A DNA stretch of 64,000 bases from the NCBI GenBank assembly GCA_973895155.1, contig OZ316893.1, positions 3,764,490-3,828,489 of the forward strand, given 5' to 3'. The notes under the pieces are model-generated. The model was not told the DNA's origin and ran no database searches. It saw nothing but the letters and a program-made list of their open reading frames with translations. The stretch comes from Marsupella aquatica (Eukaryota; Plantae; Marchantiophyta). The position numbers were made by a program, and so were the translations under genes. How positions within the stretch are numbered: the stretch's first letter is position 1; every line of letters starts with the position of its first letter. This document shows positions 54,464 through 64,000 of the stretch, in pieces.

Positions 54464-54769
54464 CCGGGGTCCTCACTTCTTTTCTTCCGACCCATCACGC
54501 ACGAATAAGTATAGGGTTTTTTTATTGGGTTTAGTGAAATACTTTTAAATTTTTGTTGAAGAACATTAGGGTTATTTTAATCCAATTTTGAGAATTATAA
54601 GAATCATAGGGTTTTTTTAAATCAAATATGGGAATATTCTTGGAATATTCCATTAAGTTAGGGGTAAAAAAATTCCTGAAAAAAACTTTATTGACTTAAC
54701 TTTTAGGGTGTTTATTCCCCCAAAACTTCGAGCGTGATATGAGACACCCCTTGGATTGAGGCCCCCGAG
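54464..54769. mobile_element. ~306-bp MITE nested in the Kolobok-like element, 9-bp TSD
   Basis: ACCACACTC at both 54455-54463 and 54770-54778; imperfect TIRs CCGGGGTCCTCA / TGAGGCCCCCGAG; AT-rich interior. Confidence 0.7.
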
Positions 54770-56153
54770 ACCACACTCAGCTGCTGCTGCCACCATCCAA
54801 TTTCTTTGTTGTCATAGTCTACCGGAGCTTCGTTGCAGGGATTGCCCCAAGGCAAAAAGTATTAAATTTGTAAAGATTCAGAGCAGGTGTGCGATATCTA
54901 TGAGAGTTTGAAAGGTTTTCAGGCCTCGACTGATTGCGTTGATCAGCAAGGGTCTCGCTTTACAATAATGGTAATTTGCCAGATGAGCTCCACATGTGAC
55001 ATGGCTCAACTTGGCTTGTGAACATTCGCGCAGCATCGGGGGAGTAAAAGGATCGATCGATTCTATTGTGTACACATGCGCAGCATGGGACTAGAAATGG
55101 GATGACTCTACTCTGGACAGCGCAGCATGGGCGAGAGGACTTGCCCCACTCAGGCTTCATCAACTAGCACACTAAGACTTCATCAATCGCGCCCTCCGTG
55201 AAACCAGTAAGGACGCTGTGACAGCTGGACAGCTGACCGGGGCAAAAAGTGACCCGCCAGAAACAGGCGGGAATGCCCGCAGCTCAAACATTGCCTATAT
55301 TAAGCAATGTGGTGGATCCACATTTTGTCGACGGAAAGTGGCGGTTTAAGCACAATGTCTCCAATCTACCCACAAATTTATTATTTGCTACCAACACGTT
55401 CAGGACTTGCAAGTTTATGAGACAAAGGCTAAATACACAATGCTGAAAGCCAAGGAACTATATAAGCAGAATTTCCAAGACCAAAGATCAAGCCAAAATG
55501 GATGAGAGTCCCCTACAACAAAGGAACTAAAGCCCTACAGAGCAGCAAACAGAAGAGAGAACACAATGGAAAACCCTAGGAAGACCTGGAGCCAAAAAGG
55601 TACCAAGTCCCTGACAACACAACAAAGAAATTAATGCAGTACTTAGCAGCAAACAAAGAGTCCGGTAAAGCTAGGGAGTAAACCACAACAAAGAAATTAA
55701 TGCCCTACTTAGCATCAAACAAAAGAGTCCCGTAAAGCTAATGAGTAAACCACACCAGGAGGTCACTAAGAGGAATTTGTCTAGAATCCCTAAAACACAC
55801 AGTCCAGTCACACGCAAGGTCATTAGGAAGAATTAACCAACAGCTCCAAAGAGAAGCAAATGTAGCTCGAAGCATATACTCGCAATCAAAAGCTACTCTC
55901 TGAGTGAAGTCTCTAAACCAAGTAAGGGCATAAGTTGAGAAATTTGTTAGTGGCCCTACAACCAACACCATAATCGCAATCAAGAGCTCCTCCCTCTCCT
56001 GTCTAGAGTGAAGTTTCGAGACCACGTAAGGGCATCGGTGAAACTGAAAATGAAAGTGAGGGTGCAGAAAAAACAGAGGAGGGGGAGAGAACGATGACAA
56101 ATAGCCCGGAATCAGTTTTTTGCAGGGTACTCATTCACATCTATTTGCATTAA

Positions 56154-56339
56154 AAGCGCCACTGTCCCTGTAGCAAAACCTGGTGGATCCAAATTACTAA
56201 AATAAACCAAAAATGGACTTAAAAAGAGCCACTGTCCTGGTAACAAAACCTGGTGGATTGGGATTACTAAAATTAAACCAAAAATAGACTTAAAACAGTA
56301 AAAAAGTGCGATATTTTGTAATCCCCAACCAGTGATGGT
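56154..56339 (-). mobile_element. ~186-bp Kolobok-like mini-element in inverted orientation, with an internal duplication
   Basis: TTAA(56150) AAGCGCCACTGTCC..AAAACCTGGTGGATCC ... CCAGTGATGGT TTAA(56340); a second end copy follows TTAA at 56219. Confidence 0.65.
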
Positions 56340-56678
56340 TTAAAGAAAAGCGTAATCAAGGCTAGAGAGACAAATGTCCGACCCCAACAGACATTCACTT
56401 TCCTTCACTTTCCTGGAGAGAAGGATGCTCCGAAAGGGGTAATTGTAATGTGCGAGTAAACAGTACAATTTTTCCTTGCACGAGCAAAAACCATTCTTGC
56501 ATGACCCCTATTTTTTTACATCCAACTTCCTCGCTATCAAGTACTTGATTAATAACATCCCCTTTGGGGACTCCCCTTTTTGCTAGTGAGCTCGCTAGCC
56601 ATCTGGACTCTTTAAAAAAACACAAAAAATATAAAAGACACCAAAAAGCAAATGAAATTTGAAACCATGAGCGTCTAG

Positions 56679-56800
56679 CTAATAACATTCTCCTCCCTAT
56701 CAAAATCTACTCTTTGCTCCCAACATAGAATACCTCCTTGCTAATAACATTCTCCTCCCTATCAAAATCTACTCTTTGCTCCCAACATAGAATACCTCCT
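56679..56800. repeat. ~62-bp perfect tandem duplication
   Basis: ctaataacattctcctccctatcaaaatctactctttgctcccaacatagaatacctcct occurs twice. Confidence 0.9.
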
Positions 56801-57890
56801 CAGAAAGGGGATGTGAAATGTGAAAATGTGAAAATCTCAGGGCTTGCTCATGTGCTACAACTTATTACCAGAGTACACAGGCGTAGTAGTGCTGTGAAGC
56901 TTGCGTGAGTGTTCCCATGGAGGCCTGCCCTAACGACAACCATGTAGAATAATAATTGTAGACCAATTGGCTGGCAGTCCACAAGGTCTACAAATGTCTC
57001 GAGACCTTACTTTATGCATGAAGTCGCATGCCTGCTGAAGAATCTGCCGAAGGATCTGCTGCCAAGCTAAAGGTAAAGCAACCCAGAGATCCACCACCGA
57101 AACGCGGCGTTTGCAAGCAGCTCGGTTAGGGAGGAAGGAATCTTTTTCGCGCTCGGCTCTCCGGCTGAATGGGCTGCAAGCGAACAGCTGCTGATGAATT
57201 GTGGCAAAGCATGCCACCCGGAAGGCCTGTTTTGATCTAGATATGCGCTTTGTCTGCTGACCAATTCGATCGCCCTCCGGTCCAGCAGGTTGGACAGGAG
57301 TCGAATTGGTGAGAGGCTGCTGATTCGATTTCATTGCGCCGCAGCACTGGTGTCTGTTTTGCCTCCGAAGCGAATTATTGGGATTAGGGGTCACGGCAGA
57401 ACGGGAGCTCGCCGCGAGCATGGAAGATTCATCGATGGGGGCAGGGTAAGACGGGATGCACCCTTTGTGCAGGATTGCTGATCGAGATATGAGCCAGATC
57501 TGTGGAACTGTTGGCATTTTAGGGCAATGGGCGGCCTGCTATGTGTTGTGGAGGGACGCTCGTCGGTTTTGAATTGTACTCAGGCGAGGGTTGAATGCTC
57601 AAGGGTTTGTGCAAGCGAAGGTTAGCACTAAAGCGGACTGATTGCCGATCCTATCAAATTTAATACTGGTGAGTATGCCAGCGATTCAATCTGCTGGTTG
57701 CTCTCGATGAGATGGCTGGTGTCAGCAGAGAGCGTAGAATGCAGCAGGTTCTGTGAATCGGAGCTCCCACAATTTATTGACAGATACTGCCGCAAGTTGG
57801 ACGAGGGTCCACTCGTTCAACGGGGTAGGATCCGTGAGAGCTGAGACTCTCTGAAGCCTCCGTGGCGACCCTGCTCTTCAGTAAGAGACC

Positions 57891-60800
57891 ATGGCAAGTG
57901 CTCTTCTACTGATACCGTGCAGGCGAAAGATTGCTCACGAGTTGCGTCGTCCACAGTCGAGGTAGATCACCAATTGATATCATCAGTCATCCAGAATGTC
58001 GCAGGCATACGGAGGGACGAATGGAATGTTTGAGTTTTTCGAATTGCACTATTTAATAATACTGTGCGTTTTGTTGGTTTTAGTCAACTATATCGTATTA
58101 GAATCTTACTAGGACACAGATCAACGTTGGTAGTTTTGTTTTGATCTATTGAGAATGTCATGGGCTGAATAATTTAGATGATTTGTCGACCCTTTTTCGC
58201 GCAGACATTATGGGGCGGTTTGTAAGGCCCCAGGTTTGGGCAAAGGAGGAGTATCGCCCCCGGGGGCCAGCAGCAGGTGTTGGAACGCTTCAATAAGAAG
58301 CGGATTGCTTAGGGATTCTTGGAGGGAGTTCAGAACACAATTGTTGCACGTAGAAAGTTCCCACAAAATTGGATTCCCCAATGCTACCGGGGTCGTGGAA
58401 AATAAAATCAGCCATGGTTATGCTGAGAGAGTTTTATTAGGATTATCACGTGTTGGGCAGCAGATTTTCGCGGAAACTCGGCAAGCTCTGCGATTGTCTG
58501 TGGATTCAGTGGCAGCTGTGAGAGCTGATGTGAAATCGCAAGGCCAGATGGCCTGGCAATTGTTAAGGGAGCGGGGATATCTTCATACCTGGCAGAAGGG
58601 CACGTTTCCTCAACTAGGAAAGGTCCTGAAAGTTGCCAGTCTTGCTTGTGTGAGATACCAAGTCGTTCCTCGTACGTTAGCTGTGGTCGTTGGAAAGGCC
58701 ACCTTTGTGCACCAAAGTACTGCGGAATCAAAACCCGTTTCCGCATTCAGTGGCCTGTACAGAGAGAGGCTTCCCCGTCCAGCTTTTCTGATTGCTCTGC
58801 TGGTTTCTTTGGTGGAGGGGTTGATATTGATTGTTAGAGCTGCTTACCTTGCAGCGCTTTTCACACCCGCACTAGTTATGGCTCCCTTTGTTGATCTTTT
58901 TGGAGAGGAGTTTCGTGGGACTTGGTTGAGGTTGGTACATCACACTCTAGAGTTAGCTGGTGCTGCCTTCATTAAGTGGGGACAGTGGGCCGCAACTAGA
59001 CCTGATCTCTTTCCCAGAGACCTTTGCTACCATCTCTCTAAACTCCACTCCAAAGCACCATCCCACAATTTTGCACAAACTAGAAGGACTGTAGAAGGCG
59101 CCTTCGGAAGAAAGCTTGATGAAATTTTTGAGGACTTCGAAGAAGAACCAGTGGCTTCAGGAAGTATCGCCCAGGTGCATAGGGCAGTCCTGAGGTATAG
59201 ATATCCGGGCCAGAAGTCCAATCCTATGACTGTAGCAGTGAAGGTTAGACATCCAGGAGTGAGTGAAGTAATTCGACGAGACTTCACTATTATAAATTGG
59301 CTGGCAAAGGTGTCGACGTATGTGCCAGGGATAAGCTGGCTGCGGCTTGATGAGAGTGTGCAACAATTTGCTGTGTTTATGTTGACACAAGTGGATTTGG
59401 CAAGGGAAGCTGCTCACCTTAGTCGATTCATCTATAATTTTAGAAGATGGAAGGATGTGTCCTTCCCTAAACCTCTTTATCCGCTGGTGCACCCAGAGGT
59501 ATTAGTGGAAACATTCGAGGATGGAGAAAGCGTTGCTCGCTATGTCGAAAAACCAGAAAAGATAAAAGTGAACAAAGGCCTCGCCCATATTGGAACACAT
59601 ACTCTATTAAAGATGCTACTGGTGAGTCCCTTGCGTTCATTATCTTCAAAGATGTAATTAGCGTTTCTATGTTCACTAACTGTTATCTAAGCTTTGTGGT
59701 TTTGTATTGGATGGAAGGAAAGCTAGTGTGCTTGACATTATTTGAACGATGCTCTCTCGTTAACGACATTACTCCAAACAATGTCGGAAATCTGTACGGC
59801 CTGGTTTTTGTTTCGACTGAAGAGGAAAAACCCTTAGCGGATTCCATGAAAATGACGCCGAAGGATTGCAGAAATATATGATGTTTTACGGAAAAGCCAC
59901 ATTATCAGATGGATGTTTTGTTTCCGTTGTTCTTCCATTTTCTCCTTATATGGGTCCTATTTGTGCAGGTGGACAATTTCATTCATGCTGACATGCACCC
60001 AGGGAACATATTAGTGCGAGTCAATAGCTCTGGAAAGCGGTTGTTCAGGTCAAAGCCACATGTCGTGCTCTTGGACGTGGGAATGACTGTCGAGCTTTCT
60101 CAAAGGGATCGGAAGACGCTCCTGAGTTTTTTCAAGGCCGTCGCCAGCAAAGATGGGCGTCAAGCTGCGGAATGCACTCTCCAGTTTTCACAAGATCAGA
60201 GCTGTCCAAATCCGGAAGCTTTCAAGGATGTAAGTGCTACTTTGGATGCCAGTTGGTGATTCATGGCTCTAAATTCACTGTAATGCATCTGTAATTAGTT
60301 TTATGTTTATGTGGTGCAGTCGACTATTCAACAATGAAACTGGTTATGCGTTAGACTACTCTGAGTACATGTCATTTGTTAAGCCTATCTAATTTCTTTC
60401 TTGGGGTCAAGTCCTAGGCGACCATTGTTGAGTTCGCATACACCAATCAGGAAGTGAATCCCCTGTCGAAATGGCTTCATTCATGTGGCTACTTTGATGC
60501 CCACCATGTGCTGGTTTACTTCGTAAAGAGATCCCAGCTTTGCGAAGAACTGGGATGGGAACTGAATGGGTCTCGTTCAATGTGTGTACAATGAAGGTCT
60601 GGTAAACAGATGCAGTGGGAAAAGAACTTGTGTAGTGTGCGGCTAGACTGGAAGAACGAAAAGCAGTAGACCAGATTGGAGAGGATAATAACAATGTAGC
60701 AATTCTTTTGATATTCCTCCCTATGTACCGAATACACGGGTCGACGTATTAAAAAACAAAGTCCTACTATCTGAGTGCATCTGGAAGGGACAAAACGTTT

Positions 60801-61421
60801 ATGCTGATACCCTTTGTGCTGGTCGCGTTGAAGACTTATGACTGATATGTTTGATTCAGGCGGTTGAAAATGTCTTCGAATATTGGTCAACTGAAGATGG
60901 AGATGCACTTCATGCTGGAGATTGCATGCAAGAGCTTCTGGAGCAGGTGCGAATTCACAAAGTCAACATCGATGGAGATGTTTGCACAGTGATGGTCACG
61001 ACACTTGTCCTCGAGGTTAGTCGGTTACCCAGTTGAGTAATTTGGTTCAATAACATAAATGCTAATTAAATTCAGCTCATGTTGTTTGCTCTCTATCAGT
61101 AAATCTGCTGGCAATCCGTTTGCCATTGAGTTCCTGCAATCTGTATGAATTTAGTTGGAACACTATGTTTTTTCTTCCCATGCTATCGTCTTGTTAGCAT
61201 TTCTTGCCATTCAATTGCATTAACAGATGGTAAGCATTTTACGGCAAGGCTGCTGCAGTTAATTGAGATATCTCAAAGTGGGACGGTTGAATGTGTTACA
61301 GGGCTGGCAACGGAAGCTGGATCCTGAACTTAATATCATGGATACTCTTCATACTCTGCTGTTTAGGTCCGATTGGGCAACCTCGCTGTCGTATACAATT
61401 GATGGACTCATGGGACCCTGA
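57891..61421 (+). CDS. ABC1/UbiB atypical kinase, ADCK2-like (exons 57891-57961, 58205-59621, 59969-60229, 60860-61015, 61302-61421; first exon tentative)
   Basis: FIKWGQWAATRPDLFP, ASGSIAQVH, VAVKVRHP, DNFIHADMHPGNIL, LLDVG, LVLE|GWQRKLDP; GT-AG junctions in frame. Confidence 0.93.
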
Positions 61422-64000
61422 ACAATTTTGCTCTAGAATTCGCCGTGCTATGTTTGAAGGTTTAATTGGACCCTCCCTGTGAGATGCGTACCTCGGGATA
61501 TCTTGGGGTAACTATTTGGCCAAATCACAGGAGCAGGTAAACCTTGGATAGTGAAGAAAAGGATAAAGAATATTGCGTAAAGATCTTGTTTGGTTGAGTT
61601 GAGAATGTATCGGTGGAAACGGCTTAGTAGAATATCCAGTAAACAAGAGCACCAATCTATTGTGGCTGCGGTATGGAGAATTGTGAGGATGCCACTCACT
61701 CGTCTGTATTCAACAACTTTGTGCCTCATCATGTCATTACTTTGTATCAATATTTTTAGGCCAAAGCACACCCACGTCGGGATAGCTTGTTATATAGATG
61801 GATGCAGTGATGTCTTCCTTCCTAGAGATGACGTAGATCTGATTATAATGCTGATGGTTGCGAGCTACCAAATTTCTGCTGTTACCAGAGCTCCTTTCCC
61901 ACAACTTGGCATGAACCATTTTTTCCATCCTCTGCTCAATTTAGATGAAGCAACCCCCAGACAACGTACCTATATATGGTCAAGATGTCCACCATAAGTA
62001 CTATCTAATGTAATGGAGATTGAGGGGAATTGTTGTCTATCTGGACGATGCAAAGCATAAGTGCTGAAATGATAATCAAGAGAGAAGTAGATAGATGAGT
62101 TGTAGGTTGGGAGGAGAGCCAGGAGGAGAGTCAGGAGGAAAGTCAGAAGTTGCAAAAAGGGTGAGAAGAGTGCAAAGAGCATGCAAGATTATAGGTATAG
62201 GGAAGAGGCAAAAGCTGCACAGAAGGTGCAGAGAGTGGAGACCAAGAATTTTAATACCCACATGTGTTGTAATTGCCAAATTATACAGGCCGCACAACAG
62301 ACGGTAAAGTTTTCTGTTGCTGCTGGAAAGATGGTTAAGGGTTGGGGTACAAAAGAAGCCCGAGAAAGAAGCTACCTAGGGTGAGAGTTGCGGCAAGTAC
62401 GCCTCTTGTACGTCCATAGAGACAATCAAAACAAGTCCAACTATAATGCATTGTCCTGCTACCTACACTTGCAACCCCAAAATCCCCCTAAAGTATGTTC
62501 CCTTTTCCACCCCCTGGAACTACCCACCCACCCTACTATTTTATTTTGATTCTATATCATAACTTGGTGTAACGAGGCTCATGATGGGGCTCATTTGGCA
62601 AATTAACTCATTTTTCTTCAAAAAAAACATTAGTGAATCCTCAAGCTAGGCAACAACATAAAAACAGTACCCCAACCCCAATTCGTGCCAAATGAGAAAC
62701 TACCCTTTTGAAAATAGTGAAGTCCTCTTTACAAGTGCATAGTGGCCCCCATGTGGGAATTGTGGGCCATAATGTCCTGAACAAAGATGGCTTTAGCTAG
62801 AGTTTAAGGAAACTATTTTTGCCCATTGATAATACCCTAGTAATAGGATATTAATGTTAGGATTTACTCTTAGGTCTAGAGTTACGACTCTATCGCAGTT
62901 AGGGCTAACTTTAGTTGTAGAGTAGATTAGGCTAGTCAATTTGTGCAGACACTATACCCAAGCAATGTTTTTTTGGATAGTAGGAACTCAAGCTTATTGT
63001 TACAGAGCCACTTGAGAGATAAGGAGAGCTTGTGCTATGGATATTTGATATAGCCGATATAGAGTAAAGCTTTTGTGTGTTCCCGTGGATGTAATTTCAT
63101 GTGGAAGTGAACCACGTATCTCTCTGTGTCAACATTTGTGTATTGGATGGTTCATGGGCTTGTCATTGCAATTGTCGTCTATGCTCAACAATTAATACAT
63201 TTAAAACTAAGAGATTTTTATTTTTACTATTTTTGGTAGAATTGATGAGAAGTTTCATAATGAGCTTTATCTTCTCCAAATGCAATGAAAGTACAAAGGG
63301 AAAAATCACAAAGGGCACCATGAAGATTCAATAAGAGTCATACCTGATATGTCCATTGGAAACCTTAAACTATGTAAGTTGTCTTTTGATAATCACACTA
63401 ATCAACAACATAATGCCTGAAAATCCTTGAGAATCTTTTCAAGTTCCAACTAACAAACTTGAAACAAACACACTACACTCTACTCTTTCGGATCTTGATT
63501 AAAACAACCATAACTCATAAGATAGTATGCACATACGTAACATCTATTGAACACACAAGTAATCGACAAAAGAGATACATGGTTCACCTTACTAGCTAGA
63601 GGTTAAGTCCATGTGAACACACAAAATAGTTAATCTCTTCCTATCTCTTAACTATAGGTTTGTAACAATGAATCTAAGTTCTAGCCACCTAAATACTCCT
63701 AGTGTACAAATAGTAGTACGTTGCACATCTAATTGTAACCAAGCACCTGACTCCGACTCAACTAACTACGGTTACAAAGTGACTCTGACTAGATCTAAAA
63801 GTAAATACCTAACACCGGAGTACTCAAAAGCAAGAGATTCATTTTGAGTTTTGCGGGGCTGTTATTGCCCCTCCGGAAACAAGACCTCACTATACTTTCA
63901 TGCCTGATGGATTTTTAATGTTTCTAACTTTAATAAAAGTAGAGAAAAATAATCTATGTCTTTACATGGGCATTGTGCTCCCAGAACCGAAGAATACAAA

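Larger units (their letters stand above)
44918..55345 (+). mobile_element. Kolobok-like DNA transposon, ~10.4 kb, with TTAA TSD and 13-bp TIRs
   Basis: TTAA(44914-44917) ACCGCCACTGTCC ... GGAAAGTGGCGGT TTAA(55346-55349), TIR match 12/13. Encloses a DDE transposase and a convergent KolX-like gene. Confidence 0.82.

Noticed and set aside
55490-56100. Possible 3' remnant of a LINE (similar tracts at 43260-43900 and 51420-51800)
   Set aside because: Only compositional resemblance; no RT or endonuclease motif or clear TSD could be identified.

Overview
Eukaryotic nuclear DNA from a land plant, most likely a bryophyte that edits organellar RNA (it carries a bryophyte-style PLS-DYW gene; genes have GT-AG introns). 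Host genes: GDSL lipase 3' end (+), ubiquitin-RUB1/NEDD8 fusion (-), DPH5 (-), TFIIIC subunit 6-like (+), PLS-DYW PPR editing factor (-), NmrA/isoflavone-reductase-like (-), 2OG-Fe(II) dioxygenase (-), an intronless ECA3-type P2A ATPase (-) and an ABC1/UbiB kinase (+). The main non-host feature is a ~10.4 kb Kolobok-like DNA transposon (44918-55345). It has TTAA on both sides, 13-bp TIRs, an 8-exon in-frame DDE transposase with a SAP-like domain inside the catalytic core, and a convergent KolX/P2X7-C-terminal-like gene. Its termini recur as ~150-190 bp mini-elements, including a TTAA-joined head-to-tail trimer at 26 kb. Also present: a box C/D snoRNA with a guide to 25S rRNA (U53-like), a 1-kb foldback Mutator-like element, a MITE nested in the transposon, and many short tandem duplications. 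Everything was read by eye and no database searches were run.
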